This document shows positions 36,017 through 50,214 of a stretch of 64,000 nucleotides of DNA, one piece after another. Numbering within the stretch: position 1 is the first letter of the stretch; each line of letters opens with the position of its first letter. Location: NCBI GenBank assembly GCA_000934665.2, contig KZ538157.1:1-64000 (forward strand), given 5' to 3'. The notes under the pieces are model-generated. The model saw nothing but the letters and a program-made list of their open reading frames with translations, searched no databases and was not told the DNA's origin. The position numbers were made by a program, and so were the translations under genes. This DNA is from Catajapyx aquilonaris. Its lineage: Eukaryota.

Positions 36017-37880
36017 AAGGTTAGATTAAGTTGGTTCTCACTCTACTGCATGTCTTGATAATAAATAGGTGTAGATATTACTTAAGTTGACTGGCAATTT
36101 AAGCTCCAACATGGAAGCTAAATCGCATATCATTTTGTCAACCCAAAACGCAGTGATTATTATTGATGTTGTTGACTGGTCAGAGTATACAATCAATATC
36201 ATTTTCCTCCTCAATTGTTAAAGGTGTAAAAGGGCTAACAAATGAGATAATAAATCCGTTCACAAAGCTTGCCGAAGTTAGCTGACATGTTTCATAATAA
36301 TTTTTATTACAATGGTAGCTGAAGCTCAACTTTCAACTCGAGAATCTTACTACTCAGACAGTGTATATTTTTAAAAAAATCAGGCATTAACATTAAGAGG
36401 CTTCAATAAAAATTAACGTAGTACACTGCAAAAGCAATACTGGCAGGGATGATTTGTTATATTGGAAGGCTTCTGAATCCTCCAATAACTTCTGGCTTAA
36501 TTTTTATGGAAATGGTAGATGATGGCTGATTTTAAGAGTTGCTAATTGTTCACTAATTGGAATTTGTGAATCTCATGTATCCAATATCATGCTTCCTCAT
36601 TGTACAAGCTCCCCTTGAAAATCGACTAGTAGGGTTGGAGAAAAGGGGGATCTGGATCAGTTGCGATAGCATATACTGTAGAAGTAAGATTTTCGTCGTA
36701 CAGAGCAACAGGGGATGGAGCTGTCTGCATGCCAATGCATTTTCTGTTTTGACAACAACGATCAAGTTACATAATATCAAAGTACATTTTGCAACCTCGG
36801 TGCTGCATTACTAGGTGCAAGATCAGATACGCATATCTTTGTTTTGGAAAACAAAGACTATCACAAAATGGGAAGTGGCAAGAAGACTGACCATTATCTT
36901 TGCACAAACATTAACGAGGCTCACAAAAGATGAGAATTTGGACGTGTCATTACTGGATATCTCTACCTGCTGGAAAAACTCAGGGAATTATATGCCGGTT
37001 CCAAAAGACGCCGTAACCATGGACAACAGTTTGTCAACAAATCAGTCCGTAGGTAATTGGCGTCCTAGTCGAACGTGAGATGTCTTAACGGTTTCCGATC
37101 ACCATTAACAAGACGGCGTAACTTGCGGCAACAGTATCGTCTGACACTTACAACATAAAAACAGCAATATCATCTTTCCTCATTCCCCTGTCACCTTTGC
37201 GAGAATCTGACCGGAGTTATAGAGGTTTCTATACACGGTCATGTAAGATGCGACGAGGACTGTATAAGGTCTTACTTGCCCTTTCAAATCTTATTCAAAA
37301 TTTAATATTTTGAGCAAAGCCAATCAAAGATGCTACTGTGCCACATATAGGACGTTAATGTTCATTAACCCTTGGTGAAACTTAATCTCGATGTTAATGT
37401 GCTCTATAGCAGTGTTTCCTTGGAAATCGAGAATTCGATATTGCTGGCGGTGCGCCTTATTAAGCAGACGTCCTTAATTAATTTTATTCGGATTGCGGGT
37501 TACGGAGACGATCTTTGGCTTGACATTTCCAGGCTTGTTTCGCATCGACGGGTCCTCCTGTCTGTAGGACAGGGCTTACAAGTTTAAATCAGCCATTTAC
37601 ACGAAGCCCTGCCTCTGTTGCAGGTTTCATGATCCGTGTCTAACGTCACTGATAATTTGACAAGCTGCCTAAAAGCCCTTACAACCAGGATTGCAGCAGG
37701 CACAACGTACATCGAGTCCACAACCCCTTCAGATCGTTATCTGAATGTCTAACATACTGTACTACGTCAAGAGGTGAGGCTTGAAACATGGATTTTAAAC
37801 AATGTCACCCAGAATTAATCCATATTTTGTAATTGATTTCTGTTCGCACAGTGTTGCATGAGAGACAGTTTTCGGCTACG

Positions 37881-38030
37881 CTTTCGTATCAGGAGACCCC
37901 GCACTTTTACCTATTCTCCTAGGCGCGTATCTGCTGAAGGATAGGCGTGGATCCGCTGAAGGATGGGGGTGTATCCGCCGGTGAAGAAGGTTAGGTTGGT
38001 GCAGCCACATTCGGTCTCCCATTACGAAAG
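37881..38030. repeat. Small TIR-like element with three internal repeats of about 21 bp
   Basis: CTTTCGTA..GGAGACC / GGTCTCC..TACGAAAG ends; GCGTRTCYGCTGAAGGAT-like unit three times. Confidence 0.5.
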
Positions 38031-41000
38031 TCCTTCCCAATTATCTGTACTTACTATAGTAACCACTTAACATGAAGCAAGAATGAAGAATTTTAAAGGC
38101 ATATTGTTGCTAACAGGATATTGTCGGAATCTTGGGAGTCAACAAGCACTCCCAATATACAACGGGAAATCATGACGTCATCCCCATCATGAAACTCGAC
38201 ATCGGCCTCTTTTCAGCGGAAATGCCTTCAGGAAGTGAGCCTTACACGAGCCGTCAACCCGTCATTAACAGGATGGCGTCGTCGACAGAGGGGCTCGACT
38301 ACCACAAAGACCCCACAAAGGCAAACACCGGCTATTTCAACGTCGGCCATAACGGTTGACCTCCCAATGAGAGCGAGGAAGAACGGGATTTCCAGCATAT
38401 AGCTTTACAAGGTCTTGCATTTCCCTGCCAGTGCCCGGGTTATCACCCTGCAAATCCAGCTCAAGAGTAAACTTATTACTCCAAAATAATGTAGAGCGAA
38501 TGCTTTAATTTCAGAGGCTATCCTAAAGATGAGAAGGCCGTGTGTGGATTTGACATACATACGCGATAAGGTACACAAAAATGCGTCATTTTGGGTGGCA
38601 ATGACGTCGTCTCCAACATACTATAGGTGCATCTCTCCATTAACACATTTTTCAAGTTGAAAGAAATGAAATTCAGTTTACCTATAGGGTTGGTTTGGTC
38701 GGCACTATATGTGATCTTACCGCATGAGTGAATTTCAATTATTCCTCCGTAAACCTATACATATCCCTCCAGAGCAGGTACAGTACAGTACACACACACA
38801 GAAGTTAGAAATATATGAAATTGTTTACTGTCACTTATTTTACAGTAATCCCTTGCATTTCGACGATTTCGTATGGTATGAAAAGGGTTAAACGGTCCAA
38901 GCGGGTTAAGTTTCTATCGGATAACTGGATAGCGCTAATTCGGTGTAACTCCCACTTTGTATGCAGCTAATCCGTCGTGTATCCTAACTAGCCATGCCTA
39001 CTCTTGTATAATTATGCTCGCAAAAAACAACAACAACAAAAATGAACTTTGATCAAAAGTAACGGCGGCCTGTTACGCTCAGAAAAGCTGGATACGACTT
39101 TGAAAAAAAGGCGGCAGGCCTAAGTACCATCAAAGAAAACCTCCCTCCTCCTTATAAATAACCTGCACTGTACAAGGGTGCAAAAACTGTGCAGATCCCC
39201 GGTTCTTTCAGCTCTCTTTTGCAAGTGACACATGGCTCCCAAACAGCCAAAAAAGGAAGTATGTCTGTGGCTGGAAGTGAAGACGTATCCGGATGTTTTC
39301 GGGCTGAATGAGCCGTTTCCGGGAGAAGTGTCCCCAGCAGAAGACTGCTTGCTCGATTGAGGGGTCAGGAATCGAATCATCCGGGTGAGGACCGGCCATG
39401 CCAAGTGGTCGCTGCTCCCCCAATTCCTGATTGGTCCATCCGTGCTTTCAGAGGGGAAACGGTAGGGGACAGTGGTTTAAAAGGGGATTCCCCTTAACCC
39501 AAAAAGAGGCGGAGGGAAAAAGGTGGGACAGGTAACGACATCGATCTGCTGGAGGGTGGAGGAAGTGGGTGGGATGGGGTAGAAATTGATTGTCTTCTAC
39601 CTCTTTTTCAAAAAAAAAAAATTTGGGCGACGGCTGACTTATTTTGCATAATCAACATTAATAGGACTAGTGACAGACAGGACTCATCACGTCTTTCTTG
39701 TCAGATGGGATGAATACTAAAGTAACGTTTGGGACAGAATATGGAATGTGCTAGCCTTACGGACACAAGCTTCCTGCTAGTTATGGAACTGACAAAACAT
39801 GCGGGTAATATTGTGGTATATTTTCATTTTGAAGCAAATACATCGTTGCCTGCAAAAATGGACACTAGATAACAATGACCATTAATATTCCGCACATGCA
39901 CCACCCGATCAGAAAACAACGGCATTTTATTATTTATATTCCATTACCGGGCTTTATTTATGCGCAAATTGCGCAATCATCCAATCTGTACACTGGTTGT
40001 CGTTTAAAAGATATTACGGCTCCGAAAATAGAGCGCCGCAAAACAGCGTGTAAAGCTGAGTAATGGCATCAAATGACGTGCGATAATTCACTTTGGCCGG
40101 AAAATATTTTAGCGCTACTCCCATGCGTTTTGCTACGACTAATTTCATTTCGCTACCAAGAGAACCCTTCATATATCCGTCAGCAACAGAAATTAAAATT
40201 AATGTTTCACTAATTTCTAGGCTTTTCCTCCTTCACAAAATGTTGATATTGGCATGAATTTTTGTGTTCCTGACCCCTCGCCTGCCAACCTAATAACTTT
40301 GCCATTACTGTGGTAAACAGCTAACACCCGGTCCCTGAACTCTAATGGCTACATCTATATTTCAGTAGCTCTTAAACAAATAACGATAGGGTCCTGATGA
40401 CAAGACCACAGGAGGTGAGGTAAGGGTATATGCCTAATGAGGAATTAAAAGTTCAAAATTGCATTGTTTACCAGTCTCTAACCCATGTAAATTGTCCCCC
40501 TATTTGTCACCCCTTTTCGAGCCGATCGACATAATTTATTGGATCCAGTTTCTCACTGCTTTTTTGGGGGGAGCGATCAAAATATTCGCCAAATTGGCCA
40601 AACACTTTCGCGACTGTCAGGAGAGCGCTTTTTCCAATAACACTCCGCACATGGTTTTTCCATTTGCAGCACTTCTTGATCCGAAATACATGCCCCCAGA
40701 TGCTTCAGATGGTGCTTTCAGATATCACGATTCTTTTTTTTTTCTTTTCGCTCCTTGGACAATAAAATCTGCTCCTGACTTCTATGGCTGTTATCAAATG
40801 GAAATCTAAGTGCCTCTTGACAAGAACAGATAACAGTGGAAAATAGCGTCTTGGAAGTAAAGTAACATTCTGGGTGTAATGTTATCACCACACAGCCATG
40901 AAAAAGCCGCAGTTATTTCGATAACATGCGACATTATACAGTAGAGGCTACTTTACTGTTTCCAACTTTCGATCGTTTTTTTTACTGTAGCTACCAGGAA

Positions 41001-42384
41001 AATTGGCCCTTAATGGATTCTCCAATATCCTATGCTTCCAATAATGGAATATCTTGCATTTTAGACGGAGATTCGAGTTACGAGGATTTTATTGAGCAGA
41101 ACATCAAAATATGCAATTCACGCAGATTAATCACCGTCGCATCTGTTCATCTAATAATAATTGCAGTTTTTTGTATTGTTTGTAATAAATTTGCAAGCCA
41201 GAATAATGTTCGCGCCCCTAGTGGCCCTATCTGCCAAACTGAGTTACATGCACCAGTAACAACTTGGTCAGAAAAAACTAACGCGACCAAATTGTGAGTT
41301 GATTGATCCAAAACCACAGGTGCTGACGAACTGGATCCATTTAACCCAATTCTTTAAACCGAGCGAAGCGGGGATGTTGTGAGTCAGTCAATTTTTTTCA
41401 GCATGATAACTTAGCCGAAAAGCTGGAATGTCGGATGACATCTTTTCCCGTCAGTACAGCCCGTGACGATGGCAAATTCGTCAAATGGGGCACGACACGA
41501 TCCCTTTCACCGCCAATTCAGCCAACCGACGTTTCCAAAACTCCTACCTGACTAATGATAAATTACATGCGTTTAGATGTAAAGAGCTCTTATAAGATAG
41601 ACATCGGTCGGAACAATCCACCTGTTAATAACCCGATGGTACCCTTACCCCCGACACTTGTCACCAGTCACCACTTTGGCACATATCACTACTGGTGTCA
41701 CTAAATTGTCGTGCGGTTGTGCACTCACCTGAGGTATTCCCGACTGGCAATGGATTCACTGGACATATTTGGTGCCTCGGTCTGGCCCGCCGGAGAGGCA
41801 TCTACCAACTGCCTTCAAAATCCGCCCCGACGGCATCCCCCACCCTGCCCCACCTCTAGTCGCCCCCCCCCCCCTCCCTTACCCACCGACTATGGATCTA
41901 TCCATGCGCCGCTTCATCTACGGTAGTCGAAACCTCATGGTCCACGACTAGGCTTTTTCAAAGGCCGTGTGAGCATTTGCTCCTGTTACTTATGGGGACT
42001 GCACAACCAGCCTGCCGGGTTGGTTGCGTCCCAGTCAGGATGATGGTACCACTGGGAGAAGTAATGGGGTCATCCATCAAGTACGTCAGGTACATTTGAG
42101 CTCGTCTTTAAACCATACACGCACTGTTACATAGACCAAAGTAGTGCGCTGATGTGGACCCCATTTTAGGTTTTTTCAACAAAAACCTGATTTTTCTGGG
42201 GTTTTACCACATGTCTGCAGCATACCTTCAAGTGTGCGTGTTAGTAGGTCATACAATAGGCGAATAGCTAATGTGCGCAAAGGTGGCGGTACAGAACCCA
42301 CGATATTGATTAACAACATGACTGCATTTATTAACTTTGAATTCAAGCGACTTACATTTTATCCCAAATTTTTTTGTTTTAATC

Positions 42385-42870
42385 CCATTTGTTTTTTGTT
42401 TTTTTTAGTGTCAAGCGCGACATTACGGTCGAACGGTCATCCACTCCAGAGAGACCTAATGTTACGGTCAGCGAGGCTAGAATCAACTCCTCTCCTACGA
42501 GAGTATTCTTTTCTATAGCTCTCAAATACATACACATGTTCCTTATAGTAACACCCAATGTAAACAAAGCTCCTAAAATTACTATACCAGTACAAGATAA
42601 GGAGATAAGAATAAACCACTTTTATAGTCTTACTAATCCGCCAAAATAGGATTACTTTCTCGTTCGGAAGTTCGAACCTTCTTCAAAGATATTAAAAACT
42701 ATGAATGTAAATGTCATATTGGAGATTGAAGTTTTTCCACAATAACCAATCTCCAAAAGTCCTATTTGGAGAACGATCCTCATAATAGCGTCTTTTGGCT
42801 GTGCCGTAGGATAAATAGATCTTGCATGAAAACATTGTCGGTAAATTATATCGCTATTATTTTCATACCC
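42385..42870 (-). mobile_element. Possible decayed LINE 3' end with A-rich tail
   Basis: - strand ends ...GATGACCGTTCGACCGTAATGTCGCGCTTGACACTAAAAAAAACAAAAAAC; no intact ORF. Confidence 0.3.
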
Positions 42871-43839
42871 ATCTATACCGGTGTAGCCTACCTAACTGAA
42901 ACTGTAATACGAATAATGTAGACGCATTAATCATCATTTCCACCTGCTCTCTGTTGCTAAATTTTTGCTATGAATTAGCTAAAGGTAAGATGATAAAGAA
43001 TAAAGTGAAAATATTATCGCATGTCCACATAGCAAAAAATCCACTGGGGTCAAGTTTGGTGACCTAGGAAACCATTAAACCGTCACACTTCTGCCTGCAG
43101 TTGTGACAGGAGCCTCGTATACCTAGACATGCTGGATAATTACGCTGTTCCCCATCAATTACCAGCTGGAATTGCCTTCTAACAAGATGGTGTACCACCC
43201 CAATACATAGTCATGGTGAAGCATCATCTGAATTATGATTTAACTGAGAGATGGATCGGGAGAGGTGCAGTAATATTGCATGGACTTCATCTCAGGGTCT
43301 CCTAAGTCTTCAGACTTTACAGGAGAAACTACCGGCCATAATTGTAGGCCTAATTTTGTTATTTTGAGAGAAACCATCTCCTCGTCGCTCGCGATCATTC
43401 CACTCAATCCTATGAAATATCTGAGTAACAACGAGAACTAGGTCATGTTACAACAGTATCCTTATTCAGGCATTTCCATCTCCTCCTGGTGTACTACTGC
43501 TTATTGGTTCTGACATTTGCCAATACTGTACTTTCAAAGCAATCATCTGGCTTCAGAACTCACGACAGGAGTCCTAGTGTCTCCTACTATAGGGATATCC
43601 TAAATTTACATAATTTTCATTGTGACGATTATTTAGTGTAACTAGCTGGCTATCGAGCGTCGGAGGACATCAAGCCTTAAATCAATTCCTAATGACCTGA
43701 ATAGAACATATGCTCCGATTCCTCCCACTCCTATTATTTGCTCAATTCACGGGGCAGTAGTTAGGTTTGAGTTATTTGCGTTATCATTTTAAATGACTCA
43801 ATAACTCAGCAACACTTGAAAGGCATTTGGTGTTCATAA

Positions 43840-44105
43840 CCTTACTTGTAACACAAAAGTGCTCTTGCATCCTGGAAGATACCTTCCTCATCTATACTAC
43901 AATTAAGTGGTAAGATCCGACCTCCCCAGGCCATATAATATCTCCTGCTCCAGGTCCAACAATGCACAAGATGCCAACAACCTATTAATTTGTCTAGCCT
44001 CATCCGAGGCCATCACACGACTGATACAAATCCGAAAGTCTCCCCACCACGTCCACATCCCGACATACCCCGCCATCTAGGTGCCGGGCCACAACCTCCA
44101 TATTT
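43840..44105 (-). mobile_element. Possible decayed non-LTR endonuclease fragment
   Basis: Frameshifted VVG-DF-like motif on - strand; weak. Confidence 0.25.
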
Positions 44106-44689
44106 GCTGTCATCCCTACACAAATACTAGACAGTGAAGTCAATCTTTTTCAGCCATTATTTCACATGTAGAACAACGAGATTGTGGCTACATGCACAAG
44201 TACTGTAGTAGAGCCAGCGTTGCGGTCCAACTCGCACTTTTTATGCATTTGGCTAAAGCCGGTGGCCGTGTAATGCGCATTTTAAAGGTCTTTTTTAGGT
44301 GCACTATGGAGCCCGATCAGGCCATGGCCATGCATTATACCATTATTTGTTGTTCAATTGCTACAGTATACGCTGCGCAGGACTTTATGTCTGCTGAATT
44401 TTATATGCCAAGTAGCACTGAATTCCCAATTGCAGAGACGTGCGGTGCGAATAAGGTCCTGGGAATGGAATTTAATTTGATTCTATGTTCCCGGATAAAA
44501 ATCATGCCTATTATGTCAAGCCTTTGCCAAATTAAAATTTTTGGGTACCTATGAAATAATGATGAATGTCATTTTTTTTAAAGCGACGTGGCAGTTTGCA
44601 TCATCTAACATTCACGATATAATCGTACTTACAGCCTATTTTTTGAGTTGTTAATAAATATCCTTCGATTGATTTTAAATATATATATT

Positions 44690-45040
44690 TTTAAGCCCTT
44701 GGGTAGTGCTTTTACCCCTACTGGGGTTTCTCGCACGGACCTTTATTGTACCATTGTTTGTACAGTACATAGTAGCCTACATTGGAACCATAGCTTTTTG
44801 AAATGCCCGGGCCCACGGGCAGGATGACACGAGGGGATGTACAAGGTGCAGTGCAATGTCGTTGCTGCGGTCATTTTGTGAACTCCCCGGGTAGTTTGTC
44901 TTAACGGAGATACCACCCGAGACGAAGCCAGAGATGACCCCGAACTCTGCACGAGATGAAGGGGGAACCCCAAGCTAGGATCGAACCCGGGACCTTAACA
45001 TCCGTGGGCGCATACGTTACCGCAGCGCCACTCCGTCTCC
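44690..45040 (-). mobile_element. tRNA(Arg-ACG-like)-derived SINE, family B
   Basis: Head GTGGCGC..GGTAACG..CACGGAT..AGGTCCCGGGTTCGATCC; sibling at 56188-56597. Confidence 0.88.
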
Positions 45041-45134
45041 TTCATTCTAAAGAGAATTAAAACTGCTGAGTCTGAAACTCACAGTATATTTTCAACCCAT
45101 AATATCAAACAAAGGTCATAATCATCATCGTGAT

Positions 45135-45369
45135 GATACGGTGGTGCAGTGGTTTAGGGCGCCACATGCCACTTCTGAAATCCTGAGTTTGATCCCCGGG
45201 TGAGGCAATGTACTCGTATTTCCCATGTGAGGAGAGTTTTGATAGGTTTACTCCATGCAATTGAGTCAGTTTCATCGGTGCCCTGGCTTTTCCCAAGCCG
45301 TTTCCTCAATCCTAAAAATCAATGAAGTCATTAATCAAGTAGGACAGAGTTTGAGATCAGCCCTATACT

Positions 45370-45429
<60 letters not shown>
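45135..45429 (+). mobile_element. Degenerate tRNA-derived SINE with (TAG)n tail
   Basis: A box TGGTGCAGTGG, B-box-like GAGTTTGATCCC, ends in about 20 GTA units. Confidence 0.65.
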
Positions 45430-46939
45430 AAGCTGCAGAATTTTTTGATTTTTTGGCCAAACATATGGACATTTATACAAGTACTGCACATGATATCTCA
45501 TGACTGGTTCATTTCTTTGGTCGCGGTTCGAGGGGCTGCATTTCAGCATTTTTCTTGAACCTCGCACATGATTGGCCGTCTGCTAGGATATAATAGTTTA
45601 TTCATTCTGACATGACAGAGACACAGAACTAGGCAATACAGTGGTCAGCATTTCAGGAGGAAATAAAATTTCCAACAGCCCTTCCGCTCCGTGTCCTTCC
45701 TTATCGTTTTCTCCCTCTTCCCGCCCCAGCCTCTCCCCACTTTCCCTCCTCCTCCTCGGAACAAAGTGAGGGAAGGGGGGAGGAGCAGGGGAGGCCTGCT
45801 TGGAGCAGGAGAATTCATCCGGATCCAGCATCAAACATTCAGGACCAGCATCCAATATTAATCCCTGGGCGGTCAAGAGCCGCACCTGCATCGCCAATAT
45901 CAGGCCTGCAACAATCGACTTTGTATTCAGCCTTACCTCTCCACAACGTAAAAAAAACGAACAGAGATACCGATAATTACGCTGAAAAAAAAGTCGATAT
46001 CTCATTTCGCTTCTGCTTGTACTCATATTGATACTAACTTTTAAATGGCGTGGAAGCCGATGCTGTATATCAAGTCGCATCTGGGGGAAAATAATTCCGG
46101 TCTGAAAGGGTTGCCATATTTGTCTTCCCCAAACTTTTCCAGGAGGGGGAAAAAAATAAATCTGGAGAAGATTGTAACTGCCTTCTCCGGGAGCTTATGA
46201 ATGTCTGAGTTCATAATCGCATATGAAAAAGTGACCTCTGCCGGATGATTTCAGGAGGCCATTTTTTAGAGAGGGGCCTAGAATAGTTGAAATGGAGAAT
46301 GTATATTGCGGAGTCCTTTTAACTGAGAAGCGCTTGAAAATCGATTGCGAGCAGTACGCAGACAGGTTTAATGCGCGTCATTAGCCCTGGAGCTTGATGA
46401 ACGCAATTTCGACACCTACGGCCTTTGTTTCGCACAACTCCCCGTTTGCTCCTCTCGTTTGCCCATTCTGTGAAACAGATCAAGTGAAATACCATTGTCC
46501 CCCTTTTTTACAGGCACAAAAAAAGGTGATATAGAAGCGCTTGCTTTATTTCGAGCGACGAAATTTTTTGAACATCACGTTCCAAATGCCAACTCATACC
46601 GTACAGTATATGCTGCGCTGTGTGTATACTGCACAATGCACATGCTCCCATGTTACATGAGCACCAACATATCTTTTTGGCACGTAACAAGCAGTAATAA
46701 TTTCATTTTAGGTATAATATTGCATGCAGTTTATTACCACAATGGTACATTCAACTTAAAATTAAAATTAAATATACGGATGAGATATGTCGAGGTACCA
46801 ACTGCTTGAGTCATCCTATACAAGTGTACATAATACGAGCCGTAGTTATCCCACCCCCACAATCCTGTGAACATATTGTGGGCATGGTGTAGTTTTTGCC
46901 TCTGAATGACATTTCTGCAAAACTGCTGTTTTTAATTAT

Positions 46940-47234
46940 AAATAAATAAATAAATATCATACCCCATTGAAGCCGTTCTGGCTTTTTAGGGGGGAGATTT
47001 GTTTTTTGGGCTGGAACTCTTGTAAACTTTATTTCGCTTTTTGGGACGGGATAGGGATGGAAGGAAGCGGCTGTGGCCTATTAACTAGGAAACAACGCCG
47101 GTATTCACCTGGAGGAACCGTGGGAAACCACAGAAAACCACGGTCAGAGTTGCCGGCACCGGGATTCGAACCTCGAACCCAGGACCTCCCGATTAGCAGG
47201 CGGACTCCATATCCACTACACCAACCTGCTTCGG
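46940..47234 (-). mobile_element. tRNA-derived SINE, family E
   Basis: B box GGTTCGAATCCC; (TTTA)n tail; perfect 16-bp TSD TGCTGTTTTTAATTAT at 46924-46939 and 47235-47250; sibling at 63568-63891. Confidence 0.9.
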
Positions 47235-47577
47235 TGCTGTTTTTAATTATCACGCGCTTGTTGCATGTTAAAAAGCAAGCATGTAAACACAAATTTATGT
47301 ACACTTGGCTGAAAAGTCAGATAGAATTTCGGGACAGATGCTGTAAGCCTCTGTTTATGCAGTGCTGCAGGCGTTTAAAGGGTGACCATTAGTTGTGTTC
47401 CCGATATGCAATAATCAGATGAGTTATTAAATCGTGTCAACTGCAATAGTAACTGAATGGATACGCGTCATTATTATAAAGCAATTAATCATCAGTCAGT
47501 AGATAGGTCGAGAGTCAGTACACACTGTGTTTCAATATGCTACTTGAAGCCTCAATTTAAATATGAAACTAAAATTA

Positions 47578-49730
47578 CACTGTTCTACAAAATAACACTT
47601 TTTTCTATTTTCTGAGGATTTGAATAGTGATTCTTATTGTACAAGTACTTTTTGCGCTGAATCCGAATATCTACTCAGAAGGTTCCTGTCAGGACAGTTT
47701 TCGAGATTTATCGTTTTAAAATTTTGAACGGTTTACTAAGGGTCTTTCCGAATCAAGTGGGCCTCAATGTTGCTAGACCGGCTCGGATCTTGGTGAAAAT
47801 AATCACAGATGTACTCACCTATTCCTTAATGCTGTTTATGAAGTTTCAGCCATATTGCGAAATACTATGATGAGGAAAGAAATCCCAAAAATCTGGAAAT
47901 TGCTGAAAATGAGGCTTTTTTGAAGAATTTTTTCGGTTAGTGGAAATGGTCAAAAGCAAATTAACATATATACCGAAAGAAAGAGAAACGGGATCCGGAC
48001 TTTTCGCCCCCTCCGTTTCGCCTCCGGACTTTTAGCCCCCGGCATATTGGCCCCCGTGACATATTCCACTTTGAAGCATTCGGCTGGGCATTTCTAGAGA
48101 AGTGACCTGGCCTTGTGTGTAACCTGGCAACGGCGGGGGCGGGCGCTGATTGGCTCGCTGTTTCGTGCCTGATTTATAAAATGAAATTTTGTGGTCTTCT
48201 GCTTGGCTCACAGGAATGGAGGTGCGCTTTGTGTTGGTGATGCTGTATGGTTTTTTGTTACCGCAACAGTACTGTCCATTCCTGTGGCCCTGCCAGGCAC
48301 GGTCCGTCGCCCGTGCGTGATATTTTTAGTTTTTGCGGAGCGATAGAGGAGCTGGGCGCTTATTGTGGGTTTCTGTATCCGCAACATTTACTGTCCGTCT
48401 TGTGGCGCCGCAGGCCAACGAACGTTATTGTGGCTTTGCCCACCACGACGAAATTGTCACGGGGGCCAATATGCCGGGGGCTAAACGGCGGGGGCGAAAA
48501 GTTCGAGACCCAAGAGAAACACCTGAAAAATGCGCCTATGGAATTGGTTGTCCTCTCAAATGTAAAAATAAAATTTTATAGCATTTCACTGGTCACTTGC
48601 TCAGTCACATGCCCAACAATTGTGACCTCAACAATTAGTGATGTATTTGCGTTACATCAGTCATATTTGGTGGCACTAGTTGTGACTGACGTAAGGTTCA
48701 GTATGTCATGTTTGAGGCTTGGAGCATGCAGGGTTCGCGAGAAAATAATAACTTAGATATGTTTTGCAGATATACCGTTAATTCTTCTACAAAAAACCCA
48801 TTTTTCCTATTTATGAAGGTGTGAATAGTGATTCTTATAGTACTTCTTGCCTTGAGTCCAAGTCTGCACTTAGAAGTGTGCTGTCGGGCACAGTGTTTGA
48901 GATGTACTGCATTTACTAATATGTAGTAAATACAGTAAATGCAGTGTATCGCAAACACTGTGTCCGACAGCACAATTCTAAGTGCATATTTGGACTCAGG
49001 GAAAGTACCGTACTATAAGAATCCCTATTCACATCTTCAGAAATAGGAAAAAGAGTTTTTGTAGAAGAGTGAAATTAACGGTATATCTGCAAAACATATC
49101 TATTATTTTCTCGCGAACCATGCATGACCCAGGTCTCAAACTTGACATACTGAACCTTATGTCAGTCACAACTAGTGTCACCAAATATGACTGATGTAAC
49201 GCAAATACATCACTAATTGTTGAGGCCACAATTCTTGAGCATGTGACTGAGCAAGTGACCCGCGAAATGCTATAAAAATTTATTTTTACATTTGAGAGGA
49301 CAACAAATTCCATAGGCGCATTTTCCTGGTGTTTCCCTTTCATTTGATATATATTATGTTCATTTGCTTTTGAATACTTCCACTAACCGAAAAAAATCTC
49401 CGAAAAGGGCCTCATTTTCAGCAATTTCCAGATTTTTGCGATTTTCTTCCTCGTCATGCTATTTTGCAATATGGCTGAAACTTCATAAGCAGAATTATGG
49501 AATAGGTGAGTACATCTGGGATTATTTTTACCAAGATCCGAGACGGTCTAGCAACATTTAGGCCCGCTTGAATCGGGAAGACCCCTAGTAAACCGTTCCA
49601 AACCTTAAAACGATACCCGACAGCCTGACAGCCTGACAGCACAATTCTAATTACATATTTGGAATCAGCGGCGAAAGTACCTATTGAAACACATATCATA
49701 ACCTGAGAAAACCTTCCTTGTCGAACACTG
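47578..49730. mobile_element. Large foldback DNA element (arms of about 800 bp)
   Basis: Left arm 47578-47989 plus 48512-48917 is the reverse complement of 48934-49730; termini CACTGTTCTACAA / TTGTCGAACACTG; TTA on both sides. Confidence 0.88.
47990..48511. mobile_element. Non-autonomous Mutator-like element (MULE) inside the foldback
   Basis: 9-bp TSD AAGAGAAAC at 47981-47989 and 48512-48520; TIRs of 60-80 bp built from ACTTTTCGCCCCC-like units. Confidence 0.88.
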
Positions 49731-50214
49731 TTATTTATCAGAAAAATGTAATAAGTCAGTTATATTGTTTAACAGAACCAATATGCAATAAATTATTTGT
49801 GTCTTATAACCGTAATTACTAATAAATCACTAACGTAAAATGCATTATTTTTGTGAACCGGATTTTTCGACATTTAGGAGGGAGCATGAGAACAGTACTG
49901 CTATTATTTCATGTTGAAAATAGATATGTGCATTAAAATAAGACAGTATCAGATGGTAGTTAAACATAATTACAAAACTGAGGTTTATTACTCCTCACAA
50001 ACAATTGACACTCCTTTTTGTGTACCTCACGCCTCACACAAAGAATATTTTCTTATCGCTTAACTTCAGGCATTAAAAATGCCTATAAGTCCCAACCTAT
50101 TATAGAATTAACTTTCACTATCATGCAGGTAATTATAATATCGCATCCACTGGACTTCAGTTGTTTTGTGAGTCTGCCATCGGAGCAGCCCCCGGAAACT
50201 TATACTACATTTCG

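Noticed and set aside
36553..37078. Cluster of short ORFs that might be a decayed transposase or viral gene
   Set aside because: No motif recognised in any frame; a tblastn or HMM search would be needed
39150..39162. TTATAAATAA, TATA- or MEF2-like motif
   Set aside because: Common by chance in AT-rich DNA; no linked exon identified
48247..49343. Pair of similar ORFs on opposite strands (169 aa and 104 aa)
   Set aside because: The similarity comes from the palindrome arms; the longer ORF crosses the MULE junction and has no recognisable domain
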